Below, piece by piece: positions 26,312 to 36,700 of a DNA stretch of 64,000 nucleotides; position 1 is the stretch's first letter; each line of letters begins with the position of its first letter. The notes beneath the pieces were generated by a model that ran no database searches, had not been told where the DNA came from, and was given only the letters and a program-made list of their open reading frames with translations. The position numbers and the translations under genes are program-made. The stretch comes from Candidatus Solibacter sp. (GTDB lineage: Bacteria; Acidobacteriota; Terriglobia; Acidiferrales; UBA7541). The stretch lies in NCBI GenBank assembly GCA_035499815.1, contig DATJXZ010000022.1, positions 34,031-98,030 on the forward strand. The letters are read 5' to 3'.

Positions 26312-28194
26312 TACGAGTTCTCCCCAAGAATCTCTTCGATCTTTTGCTCGACTTCGGCTTGTTTGAACGGGCGGCCCTGAATCTTGTTCAGCCCGATGGC
26401 GTCAACCAAATACTTGGCGCGCAAAACCCAAAGAAGCTGGCCCATGTTGAGCTCGGGCACGAGGACTGTTTTGTAGCGCTGTAGGACTTCGCCGAGATTT
26501 GCCGGCAACGGATTGAGATAGCGCAGATGAACGTGTCCGATTCTCCGGCCGCGCGCACGCTGAGCTTTCAGTGCTGCGGTGATGGCGCCGTGCGTCGAGC
26601 CCCAGGCGACGATCAGGAGATCGCCTTCCGAATCGCCAGCGGGTTGCACGTCCGGAATTTCCTGAACGACGGCAGCGACCTTCGCCGCGCGGATACGCAC
26701 CATGTTTTCGTGATTGAGCGGCTCGTAATTGATGTTGCCGGTCACATCCTGCTTCTCGAGGCCGCCGATACGGTGCTCGAGACCCGGGGTTCCAGGAACG
26801 GCCCAGGGTCGCGCGAGCGTTTCCGGATCGCGCTTGTACGGCAAATAGCCGTTGGGACCATTGGCCTCCGTCGCGAATTTCACAGGGAAAGCCGGAATTT
26901 CGTCAACGTTGGGAATTCGCCAAGGTTCGGCGCCGTTCGCAAGGTAGCCGTCCGAGAGAATAATCACAGGAACCATATATTTGATGGCGATGCGGCTGGC
27001 TTCGACCGCGGCCCAAAAACAATCGCTGGGCGTGGCGGCGGCGATGATCGGAATCGGTGCTTCGGAATTGCGGCCAAAGAGCGCCTGCAAGAGATCCGCC
27101 TGCTCGGTCTTGGTCGGCAGACCGGTAGAAGGGCCGCCACGCTGAATGTCGCAAATGACCAGTGGAATTTCAACGGCTACCGCCAGGCCCATGGCTTCCG
27201 TTTTGAGAGCCATGCCTGGGCCGGAGGTCGTGGTGATCGCGAGAGCCCCCGCGTAAGCTGCGCCAATCGAGCTGGTAATTGCGGCGATTTCGTCTTCCGC
27301 TTGAAAGGTCATCACGCCGAAATCTTTGTATTGAGAGAGTTCGTGAAGGATGTCCGAAGCTGGCGTGATGGGATAGCTGCCCTGGAAGAGCCGGAGGCCC
27401 GATTTTTGCGAGGCGGTCACAAATCCCAAGGCCAACGCTTGATTACCGCTGAGATTGCGATAAAAACCCGGCGTAAGTTGCGCGGGCGGAATCTCATAAC
27501 TGATTTGGAAAGCTTCCGTGGCTTCGCAGTAGGAATAGCCAGCTTTCATTGCAAGCTTGTTCGCTTCGACGAGCAGCGGCTTGTTCTTGAACTTGGCTTC
27601 AATCCAGCGGACGGTGGGATCCATGGAGCGGTTGTAGAGCCAGTAGCACATGCCGAGCGCGAAAAAATTCTTGCAGCGGCTAATGGATTTGGCGTCGAGG
27701 CCGAGGTTGTCGAGCGCGGTCTTCGTGAGTCGCTCGAGCTCTACGGAGAAAAGGCGGAACTTGTCGAGCGAATGATCCTCGAGCGGATTGGAAACCATTT
27801 TCGCTTTGCGCAAATCGTTTTCCGCAAAGGCGTCGGAATTTACGATCAGGATTCCGTTGGCCCTTAGGTCGGCCACGTTCATCTTCAGCGCGGCGGGGTT
27901 CATGGCGATCAGAACATCGACGGCGTCGCCAGGCGTATACACGTCACTCGACGAGAAATGAAGCTGATAGCCACTGACGCCGGGAAGCGTTCCGGCAGGG
28001 GCGCGAATCTCCGCGGGAAAATCCGGAAACGTGGCGATATCGTTTCCATAAAGGGCGACCGTGTTCGTGAACTGACTTCCCGTAATCTGCATGCCGTCGC
28101 CGGAATCGCCCGCGAAACGGATGACCGCGCGATCGATCACCTCGCGCTTGTGTTTTACCGGTGGTGTTTCAATCAAAGTGGACATAGTGGCCAA
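26311..28194 (-). CDS. korA: 2-oxoacid:ferredoxin oxidoreductase, alpha subunit
   Basis: 627 aa. FAGDSGDGMQ, GSYPITPASDILHEL and TTSGPGMALKTE blocks are typical of the KorA/OorA family. Confidence 0.95.
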
Positions 28195-28423
28195 GGCTCC
28201 GCTGTTTCTGAACTCCCGTACAAATCCCCCGAGGGAGTGTGGCTCTGCTTGTTAGATGGGCAGTACGAAAACCAGGTTGGATGTATATCCAGCCGCCCGG
28301 AGCCTACAAGAGAAGAATACCACACCGGCTTGTGCAGAGCGGGGGTTGGGTCTTCCACCCAGATTATGTGTCGCAAAAGGCAGAGATGCGAGGAATGCGC
28401 GGCAGGTTTCGCTCCCTCGCGAA

Positions 28424-29515
28424 CTAAGCGTTGGAGGCAGCGGCGCGAGCCGCTCGCTCGAGGAAGAGCGGACGCTGCCAGACAAGAATGAAAAGAATGG
28501 CTGCGATCATGAGCGTACTCATAATCATAAGAGAGCGGAAATAAGTGCCGGTCATGATCACGCTGCTGGAGGAGAGCACGGGACTATTGGCATACATATT
28601 TTGCATGGCCTCGCGCATGGCCGCAGGATAATCCGGTGAAAAGGCGGCAATGGCGCAATTCAGAATGCCGAGCACCTGAGCCGCCATCTGAATATGCAAG
28701 GCCCAGGGTTTTAGCAGGAATAGGCCGACGCCGGAAACGCCCGACACGAGACCCCAAAAAAGAAGAATCCATTTGGCATTTACGCCGACAAACGCATGGC
28801 CCAGAAAGAAGAAAGGCATGTTCGGCGGTAACGTAAAGACAAAGAGCAACATGAACACGGAGCCGAGGATCATGAGGCCGGCGACAATGGCTATCGGCAA
28901 CGGACAAGAGGGCCGTTGTGGTGCCAGGGCCGCGATGGATGGCTCGGAGGAAGCTGTATGTGGGAAGCCGGAAGCATCCATGGTCGGAGCGAGTGCCACT
29001 TGAGCGGTGAAAGTTGCGGCCACGCGGCGACGGGTGAAGAGAACGAGCCACCAGACGCCGATTCCCGCTGGAACGCCGTAAAAGATGAGGAGGAAAATTC
29101 TTATAAATGCGAAGAAATGGCCGGCGTCGACTCTGTTCGCGTTGGGCAAATCCAGACCAGCGCCCGCGCTGAAGATAACCAAACTGAAGGCCACGGCGAG
29201 AAGGCAAGAGGCAGCCATAATTCCGCCCCAAATCAGCATGGTGATGCGTGCCCAGTTGCGCTGGCGGATCACAGCAATGCCAACGACAATTCCGAAAACC
29301 GACAGCGCAAAGAAGAAGAGTAGCATGCCGACCATCACGCCACGGAATCCCGGAGGCATGGCAGGAGCGCCTTGCGCGGATTGAAAGTTCGGCATCAGCA
29401 GCCAACCGATGACGCCGAGAACACAACCGAAAGATCCAAAAAGGCCAAGAAGGACGGCGACGATTCCGGCAACCGTTACCGCGGGGAGGGATTCGCGCTG
29501 GGCAGTCATGTCCAT
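28424..29515 (-). CDS. Polytopic membrane protein of unknown function, divergent from lexA
   Basis: 363 aa with at least 8 hydrophobic segments (for example VAGIVAVLLGLFGSFGCVLGVIGWLL, MVGMLLFFFALSVFGIVVGIAVI, LIFYGVPAGIGVWWLVLF). No family recognised. Confidence 0.75.
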   Translation of the reverse strand: MDMTAQRESLPAVTVAGIVAVLLGLFGSFGCVLGVIGWLLMPNFQSAQGAPAMPPGFRGVMVGMLLFFFALSVFGIVVGIAVIRQRNWARITMLIWGGIMAASCLLAVAFSLVIFSAGAGLDLPNANRVDAGHFFAFIRIFLLIFYGVPAGIGVWWLVLFTRRRVAATFTAQVALAPTMDASGFPHTASSEPSIAALAPQRPSCPLPIAIVAGLMILGSVFMLLFVFTLPPNMPFFFLGHAFVGVNAKWILLFWGLVSGVSGVGLFLLKPWALHIQMAAQVLGILNCAIAAFSPDYPAAMREAMQNMYANSPVLSSSSVIMTGTYFRSLMIMSTLMIAAILFILVWQRPLFLERAARAAASNA

Positions 29516-29626
29516 CTCCGGCCTATCATGGCAATCTCGAAGCGAGGGTGTCCAGGAACGATGTGTATATCATTTCCAGAATTGGCGCGATAGAGAAGGG
29601 AAAGTGACGCGAAGAGAAATTGCCGC

Positions 29627-29655
29627 TTGACGTTCGCTTTCTTTTCGCCTAAAGT
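29627..29655 (+). promoter_or_regulatory. lexA promoter with an embedded direct repeat TTCGC-N6-TTCGC (candidate LexA operator, autoregulation)
   Basis: TTGACG lies at 29627-29632 and TAAAGT at 29650-29655, with a 17-nt spacer. Within the spacer, TTCGC (29633-29637), TTTCTT, TTCGC (29644-29648), then C. Confidence 0.6.
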
Positions 29656-29689
29656 GGCTGTGGAAAAGTCAATCCAAGGGAGGCGAACC

Positions 29690-30313
29690 ATGGCCCTTAC
29701 GAAACGGCAAAAGGAAGTGCTCGATTATCTGGTTTCGTTTGATAACAAACACGGGTACGCCCCAAGCTTTGAAGAGATTGGCAAAGGCCTCAAGCTGACG
29801 TCGCTGGCCACGGTGCACAAGCACATCACGACATTGGAGAAGAAAGGTTTCATACGGCGTGGCTACAATCAGAGCCGGTCAATCGAGATTTTGCAATTGC
29901 CGAAACCAGTGAAGGAGCAGATCAGCGATAGAAGAATCCAAGAATTACCCCTCGTAGGCCGCATAGCGGCGGGACGGCCACTTGAGGCTGTCGAGGAGCG
30001 AGAGACGCTATCTTTGGGCGACTTCGCTCGGTCTGGGAACTCATTTGTGCTCCAAGTGAAGGGCAGTTCGATGATTGAGGAACACATCATGGATGGCGAT
30101 TATGTGGTCTGCGAACAGACGCAGGTGGCGAACGCGGGTGACATTGTAGTGGCCCTGATTGGTGGGGAAGAAGCGACACTCAAGAGGTTCTACCGCGAAG
30201 GGGCTGGCAAAATCCGCCTGCAGCCAGCGAATTCTGAGATGGCGCCAATCATGGTGGCTGCCAACGACCTCAAGATACAGGGCCGCGTGATCGGAGTACT
30301 GAGGAAATACTGA
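29690..30313 (+). CDS. lexA: LexA repressor (S24 self-cleaving peptidase)
   Basis: Winged-helix N-terminus MALTKRQKEVLDYL...GYAPSFEEIG. Cleavage-site context VGRIAAGRP (Ala-Gly). Catalytic Ser in VKGSSM and Lys in ATLKRF. ATG 29690 has AAGGGAGG upstream; the track ORF starts at 29627. Confidence 0.97.
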   Translation: MALTKRQKEVLDYLVSFDNKHGYAPSFEEIGKGLKLTSLATVHKHITTLEKKGFIRRGYNQSRSIEILQLPKPVKEQISDRRIQELPLVGRIAAGRPLEAVEERETLSLGDFARSGNSFVLQVKGSSMIEEHIMDGDYVVCEQTQVANAGDIVVALIGGEEATLKRFYREGAGKIRLQPANSEMAPIMVAANDLKIQGRVIGVLRKY

Positions 30314-30568
30314 AAATCAGGCCTCGATCCCTATGGCCGGCCATTAGGCTGAATATATCTTACTACCCTGCGTTTCACCGGCTGAACCTTGAGCTTACTT
30401 TGCAAAGTTGTGTTCTGCAGCAATCTTTCCTACTCTTGAGCCGTATTCGAGCGGCCGTTTGAAATTACGGCTACTATATGAATTACTTGTGACCGGCCGG
30501 GAACGGCTGGCGTCAAACGTACGAGGCGGAATCGGCCCAATCGCCGCCGCGAAGGGAAAAATCCATAC

Positions 30569-32242
30569 TTGTCCCCCAAGAGAGAAAACATATTAGTCGT
30601 CGAGCCCGACGAGACGAAGCGGCAGAGTGTAGAGGAGACTTTGCGTTCAGCCGGGTACGACGTCTCCTCGGCACTCTCGCAGGGAGAGGGCTTCCGGCTT
30701 GTACAGTCGGGCGCCGTGGACGTGTTTCTTCTTTCTGCCGACCTAGCCGATGTGCTTTGTTGTAACTCTCTGGCGGAAATCAAAGGGCTGGGATCCACGT
30801 CCAACACGCGCGTGATTCTTTTTGCTCGCGGAGGGGCCGCGGAACGCGCTCGCGCACTCGACCTGGGTGCTGACGACGTGTTGACGCCGCCTTGGGAGCC
30901 CGCCGAGCTCCTGGCTCGTGTGCGCGTGCAGTTGCGAGACAAACATGCCCTCGAAGAACTCCAGCAAAAAGCACGACTTGCCGAAGAAGGGCAGGAGATA
31001 GCCCATACCGCTTTTCAAGCCATCGCGGTAACGGAAAAAATGACTCGCGACGCGTTCTCTCTCGATCGCGCGCTCAAGATCGGCGTTTCCGCGCTGCTCG
31101 GAATTGCCGTCGTGATCGCCGCAATTTTTTTGCTTTACTCGCGCCGCGCCGACAAGGAAACGCGGCGCGCCTATTCAGTGATCGCGCAGCTCGAGCACGG
31201 GGTGCATACCCAGCAGTCCCTGATCGACGAAGCGAACAAAGCCCGCACTCAGTTAAAGGAATCGGATCTTTCAGCGGAAAAGCAGCTGCTCCAACAACAA
31301 ACGGAGGATCTTCGTCAGAAACTCGCCGCCGCGGATGCTACCGAAGTAGCCGGTCTGCGCAAACAACTGAACGAGACCACCAGCCGATTAAAGCGAGTGG
31401 AGAGTCAATCCAACGCTGCCGAGGGGAACATTCGGATTACTGCTCCGAGCGTCTGCCTCATCCACGTTTCAGTCTCCTTTCTTGATAAAAGCACACGGCG
31501 CCCGTTGCGATACGGCGCGATCAATCCAGATGGCCAACCACTTAAAGATAGCGATGGCAACGTCGTCTATAGTCTTGAGGGCCGCGCCCCGGAGGTAAGA
31601 GAGGATTTTTTCGGAACGGGATTCATCGTCGGCAAAGACCAGATCTTGACTAACCATCACGTTGCTCAGCCCTGGTGGAAGAATGATGACCTTAGCGCCG
31701 CGAGCCAACAGGGTTTGCAACCGACTATCGCTGAAATGACCGCCTATTTCCCCGAAGGAACCACCGGGATTCCGATGAACATAGCGCAGATCTCCGATGA
31801 AGCCGATTTAGCCATTCTTCACGGTGATCTTTCCACGCTGAAACGACCAATCCTTAAGATGAATGGCGGCAAGCAGGCCGCGGTAAGTGGAGAACTTCTG
31901 ATTTCCCTCGGTTATGCAACGGGAATTAGCGCCATCCTGGCGCGCGCTGGCGAAGATACTGTGAAAGACATCGTGAAGGTGAGTGGCGGTGACCCAACGA
32001 AGATCGTGGATGAGCTAGAGAAACGGCAGTTGATACGTCCCCTGGTGACGCAGGGACACATTGGCGACGTGTTGCCTGATAAAATTGTCTATGATGCACA
32101 GACGACGTCCGGCGGGTCAGGCGGACCGCTCCTCAACCGGGACGGCGAAGTGATCGGCGTGACGTTTGCTGTGGTCAGGGGCTTTGGCGGCTCCAACTTT
32201 GGTGTCCCCATCCGCTATGCAGAACCCCTTCTCAAACCTTAG
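30569..32242 (+). CDS. Membrane-anchored trypsin-like (S1/HtrA-type) serine protease with an N-terminal degenerate receiver (REC-like) domain and a coiled coil
   Basis: Residues 1-125 have a CheY-like fold pattern (ILVVEPDE...VDVFLLSADLAD...RVILFA...LGADDVLTPPWEP). Ser stands where the phospho-acceptor Asp is expected, and Pro where the conserved Lys is expected. TM is IGVSALLGIAVVIAAIFLLY. A Gln/Leu-rich coiled coil follows. The protease triad contexts are TNHHVAQ, EADLAILH and TTSGGSGGPLL. TTG start. Confidence 0.8.
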   Translation: MSPKRENILVVEPDETKRQSVEETLRSAGYDVSSALSQGEGFRLVQSGAVDVFLLSADLADVLCCNSLAEIKGLGSTSNTRVILFARGGAAERARALDLGADDVLTPPWEPAELLARVRVQLRDKHALEELQQKARLAEEGQEIAHTAFQAIAVTEKMTRDAFSLDRALKIGVSALLGIAVVIAAIFLLYSRRADKETRRAYSVIAQLEHGVHTQQSLIDEANKARTQLKESDLSAEKQLLQQQTEDLRQKLAAADATEVAGLRKQLNETTSRLKRVESQSNAAEGNIRITAPSVCLIHVSVSFLDKSTRRPLRYGAINPDGQPLKDSDGNVVYSLEGRAPEVREDFFGTGFIVGKDQILTNHHVAQPWWKNDDLSAASQQGLQPTIAEMTAYFPEGTTGIPMNIAQISDEADLAILHGDLSTLKRPILKMNGGKQAAVSGELLISLGYATGISAILARAGEDTVKDIVKVSGGDPTKIVDELEKRQLIRPLVTQGHIGDVLPDKIVYDAQTTSGGSGGPLLNRDGEVIGVTFAVVRGFGGSNFGVPIRYAEPLLKP

Positions 32243-32303
32243 AGACCTACGGCAGGCACGTTGCGTGGATAGTGTCTCGCCGTCATCGCAAAGCGGGCGC
32301 CTA

Positions 32304-33599
32304 ATGATTCGCCTCATTCGCACGATATCAGTTTGCGTCGTGGTTTGCGCGATCCTCTCCCCATGCCGGTCAAGAGCGTACGCCGTGCTTGCACATGAGG
32401 CCATCATCGATGCTGCGTGGGATACGAACATCAAGCCGCTGCTCCTCGCCCGATTTCCAGGCGCCACCGACGATCAGTTGAGCGAGGCGCAAGCTTATGC
32501 CTACGGTGGCTCGATCATTCAGGACATGGGCTACTATCCTTACGGAAGCCACTTCTTTAGCGACCTTACGCATTACGTACGGAGCGGAGATTTTGTGCAG
32601 GCCTTGCTCCACGATGCGAAAGACATGGACGAATTTGCGTTCGCCATCGGTGCCATGGCGCATTACGCCGCTGACAATGACGGACACCGGCTGGCCACAA
32701 ATCTGGCGGTGCCGCTGCTTTATCCCAGACTGCGAAAAAAATATGGCAATGTCATTTCCTACGAGCAGGATCCGCTGGCTCACACCAAGACAGAGTTTGG
32801 GTTCGACGTTCTCGAAGTTGCTCACGAATCGTATGCGCCGGATAGCTATCACGACTTCATTGGCTTTGAGGTGTCGCAAGACCTTCTGGAGCGTGCGTTT
32901 CTGGAGACCTACGGTCTGGAGTTGAGCGATGTGCTTCTGGATGAGGACCGGGCGCTCAACTCCTACCGGCATGCTGTCAGCAAGACTATTCCTACTGCCA
33001 CGAAAGTCGCCTGGAGTCTAAAGAAAGACGAGATAAAAACTGACTTACCTGGGATTACGAAGAAAAGATTTCGGTACAATCTTTCGAGATCCAATTACGA
33101 ACGCGAGTGGGGCAGAGATTATCAGAAACCGAATTTTGCCCAAAGATTTCTCGCTTTTCTCTTCAACCTGATTCCCAAGTTCGGGCCGCTCCGAGTCTTG
33201 CAGTTCAAGACGCCCACACCCGAGACACAGCGCATGTTCAGGGCCAGCTTCAACGTGACGCTGGACCAGTACCGGAGGTTGCTCACCCAACTGAGAGAGG
33301 GGCGCCTCGATCTGCCAAACGATAATATTGACTTAGGAGAAATGACCGGCCCGGGCCAATACGCATTGGACGACGAAGCGCAAGCCCAATTGTTGGACAG
33401 GCTCGCAGCCCGGAAGTTTGCTGGTATGAACCACGAGCTTAAAGAAGAACTCCTGCGCTTCTTTTCAGTGCCGGATGCGGCTTACGCAACCAAGCGCGAC
33501 GCGCGCGCGTGGGCTAAGGTGCAGTCCGAACTCGGCCAACTGAAGAATGCGCCTACTTCGATCTCCTCCGCCGGTGCTTCGGACTTGCCTCCCTTTTAG
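32304..33599 (+). CDS. Secreted protein, zinc-dependent phospholipase C-like superfamily (tentative)
   Basis: Signal peptide MIRLIRTISVCVVVCAILSPCRSRAYA. The mature N-terminus VLAHEAIIDAAW plus later His/Asp clusters (MAHYAADNDGH, HTKTEFGFD) resemble the metal-ligand pattern of that family. The assignment is from memory only. I prefer ATG 32304. Confidence 0.55.
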   Translation: MIRLIRTISVCVVVCAILSPCRSRAYAVLAHEAIIDAAWDTNIKPLLLARFPGATDDQLSEAQAYAYGGSIIQDMGYYPYGSHFFSDLTHYVRSGDFVQALLHDAKDMDEFAFAIGAMAHYAADNDGHRLATNLAVPLLYPRLRKKYGNVISYEQDPLAHTKTEFGFDVLEVAHESYAPDSYHDFIGFEVSQDLLERAFLETYGLELSDVLLDEDRALNSYRHAVSKTIPTATKVAWSLKKDEIKTDLPGITKKRFRYNLSRSNYEREWGRDYQKPNFAQRFLAFLFNLIPKFGPLRVLQFKTPTPETQRMFRASFNVTLDQYRRLLTQLREGRLDLPNDNIDLGEMTGPGQYALDDEAQAQLLDRLAARKFAGMNHELKEELLRFFSVPDAAYATKRDARAWAKVQSELGQLKNAPTSISSAGASDLPPF

Positions 33600-33764
33600 C
33601 AGGGAAGATCTGGCCCCTGTGAGAAGTGTTGCTCCCTCCGCCGTTTGGAGATTTTCCATTCAAAGGAATTGTCCAGCAAATCGAAAAAAGTGCTCCAGGC
33701 ATGGCACGGCTCCGTGAAACAATGTGAAGTTTCCCGTAAGCTTCTGGCCAGCTCTGAATCCTAA

Positions 33765-36700
33765 ATGGCGAAGAACAAACCCCTTCGAAAATTGCTCGCT
33801 GCGAATCGCAGCGAAATTGCTATTCGTATTTTCCGCGCCGCGAATGAACTCGGCCTGCGCACCGTTGGCATTTATTCCCACGAGGACCGCCTTGCTCTGC
33901 ACCGGTTCAAGGCGGACGAGGCCTATCAAGTCGGCATCGGCAAAGGTCCGGTGGAGGCCTATCTCGACATTGCAGGCATTGTGGCGCTGGCGAAGGAAAA
34001 AGGCGTCGATGCCATTCACCCGGGGTATGGTTTCCTCGCCGAGAATCCTGCGTTTGCGCGCGCGTGCGAGAAGGCGGGAATTACCTTCATTGGGCCAACG
34101 CCGGATCTGCTCGAACTCTTGGGAGACAAAACAGCCGCAAGGCGGCTGGCCGCATCGGCCGGCGTTCCGGTGCTGCCAGGCACGGAAGAGCCGATCAGCT
34201 CACCCAGCGAAGCGCGCAAACGGGCTGCGGATATCGGCTATCCCATCATCGTGAAGGCCGCAATGGGCGGGGGCGGCCGCGGCATGCGCGTGGTCCGAGA
34301 CGAGGCGGAACTCGAGTCGCGGCTTGAGGAAGCTCAGGGCGAGGCGAAGTCGGCCTTCGGCGACGCCAGCGTTTTTCTGGAAAAATATCTGCCGCGGGCA
34401 AGGCATCTCGAGGTGCAAATTCTCGGTGACAATCACGGCAATCTGCTGCACCTCTACGAACGTGATTGTTCCGTGCAGCGGCGTCACCAAAAAGTCGTCG
34501 AAGTAGCTCCCGCCGCGAATTTGCCGGCTTCCGTGCGAACGGAGCTTTGCGAAGCTGCGGTGCGGCTCGCCAGGAAAGCCAATTATCGCAACGCTGGCAC
34601 CGTCGAGTTTCTGTACGATGTCGATGCTAGAGAGTGGTATTTCATCGAAGTCAATCCGCGAATCCAGGTCGAACATACGGTCACGGAGATGGTCACTGGC
34701 CTCGACCTGGTCCGCTCGCAGATTCTTTTGGCGCAGGGACACAAGTTGCACGAGGAGCCGCTCGCGCTTCCGCAGCAGCAAGACGTTCCGCTCTACGGCG
34801 CGGCGCTTCAGTGCCGGGTCACCACCGAAGATCCGGAAAAGAATTTCGCCCCCGATTACGGCAAATTGACGACCTATCGGTCGCCGGCAGGCTTCGGGAT
34901 TCGCCTGGATGGCGGCACGGCTTACGCGGGCGCAGTCCTCGCCGCGTATTACGATTCGCTGCTCGTCAAAGTGACGGCTTGGGGAACGAAACTTCCCGAA
35001 GCATGCCAACGCATGGACCGCGCGCTCCGCGAATTCCGCATTCGCGGCGTCAAAACCAACATTTTGTTTCTTGAAAACGTCATCAATCATCCGCGCTTTC
35101 GGGCGGGCGATGTAACGACTTCCTTTCTCGAGGAATACCCGGAACTCTTGCGACTCCAGAGCCGGGGAGATCGTGCGACGAAGCTACTCTCCTACCTTGG
35201 GGATGTAATTCTCAATGGCAATCCCGAAGTGAAAGGCAAGCAAGTTCCGAAAGTTCTGGAAAAGGCGGTTTTACCTTCGGTCCCTGCCATCGAAACACCC
35301 GCAGGAACCCGCCAAATGCTGCAAAAGCTGGGACCAAAGAAATTTGCTGCTTGGGCGAGAAAAGAAAAACGGCTTCTAATCACAGACACGACTTTTCGCG
35401 ATTCCCACCAGTCGCTTATGGCCACGCGCGTGCGCACATACGATCTGCTGGCCACCGCAGCGGCGGTGGCTCGTCGTCTTCCAATCTTGTTTAGTTTGGA
35501 GATGTGGGGCGGCGCAACCTTCGACGTCTCCATGCGTTTTCTTCACGAAGATCCCTGGCAGCGTCTTCGTGAACTGCGCCAACGCGTTCCCAACATCTGC
35601 TTTCAGATGTTGCTTCGCGGTGCGAACGCCGTCGGCTACACGTCCTATCCGGACAATGTCATTGTCGAGTTCGTCCGCGAAGCTCACGCCCAGGGCATCG
35701 ACATTTTTCGCGTTTTCGATTCTCTTAACTCCATCGAAAATATGCGTGTGTCCATTGACGCCGTGCTCGAAACCGGCGCCGTCTGCGAGCCCGCCATTTG
35801 TTACACGGGAGACATCTTCGATAAATCCCGGCCGAAATATTCGTTGAAATACTACGTCTCGATGGCCAAGCAACTTGAAAGACTCGGCGCGCATTTTCTT
35901 GCGATCAAAGACATGGCGGGTCTTTGCAAGCCGTATGCGGCCTACGAGCTTGTGAAAACGCTCCGCGACGAGATTGCCATTCCCGTGCATTTTCATACGC
36001 ACGACACCAGTGGAATCAACTCCTGCTCCGTCCTGAAAGCGGCGGACGCGGGGGTCGATGTCGCTGATGCCGCGGTAGCTGCCATGAGCGGTGGCACGAG
36101 CCAGCCCAATCTCAATTCCATCGTCGAGGCTCTGCGCCACACAAGCCGCGACACGCATCTCGATATCGAAGCTCTCAACGAATGCTCTGATTATTGGGAA
36201 ACCGTGCGCGGCTATTATTTGCCTTTTGATTCGGGACCGAAGGCCGGCTCGGCGCGGCTCTATCAGCACGAAATTCCGGGCGGACAATACACCAATCTGC
36301 GCGAACAAGCCGCCGCCATTGGTTTGGGCCACCGGTGGCGAGAAGTGGAAAAAATGTATGCGGAGGTGAACCAACTCTTTGGCGACATTGTGAAGGTCAC
36401 GCCTTCCAGCAAGGTCGTCGGCGATATGACACTTTTCTTGATGGCCAACGAAATCCAACCGAGCGATTTGCTAAAGCTGCAGGAAGAACACGATCTTTCT
36501 TTCCCAAATTCCGTGGTTGAGATGTTTTCAGGCACGTTGGGTGTCCCGCCCGGAGGCTGGCCGCGTAAGTTACAGAAAATCATCCTTCGCGGGACTGCAG
36601 CGCTCAAAGGGCGACCCGGGGCAAGCCTCGAACCGGTGGATTTTGCCGAAACCGAAGCCGCGCTCGAGAAAAAAATCGGCCACGGCGCGCGGCGCGATGC

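Noticed and set aside
26527-27867. 446-aa + strand ORF
   Set aside because: It is antisense to korA, has no motifs and is Arg/Gly-rich.
28584-29426. 280-aa - strand ORF in another frame of the membrane-protein gene
   Set aside because: It is Arg-rich and non-hydrophobic. The 363-aa frame gives coherent TM segments.
30330-30348. Near-palindrome CCTATGGCCGGCCATTAGG just after lexA as an intrinsic terminator
   Set aside because: It forms a 7-bp stem with a bulge, but no U-tract follows. It could equally be a protein-binding palindrome, so I did not annotate it as a feature.
34200-36458. Two long - strand ORFs (34200..35090 and 35376..36458) inside pyc
   Set aside because: Both are shadow ORFs opposite the 1152-aa pyruvate carboxylase, whose domain order is complete on the + strand.
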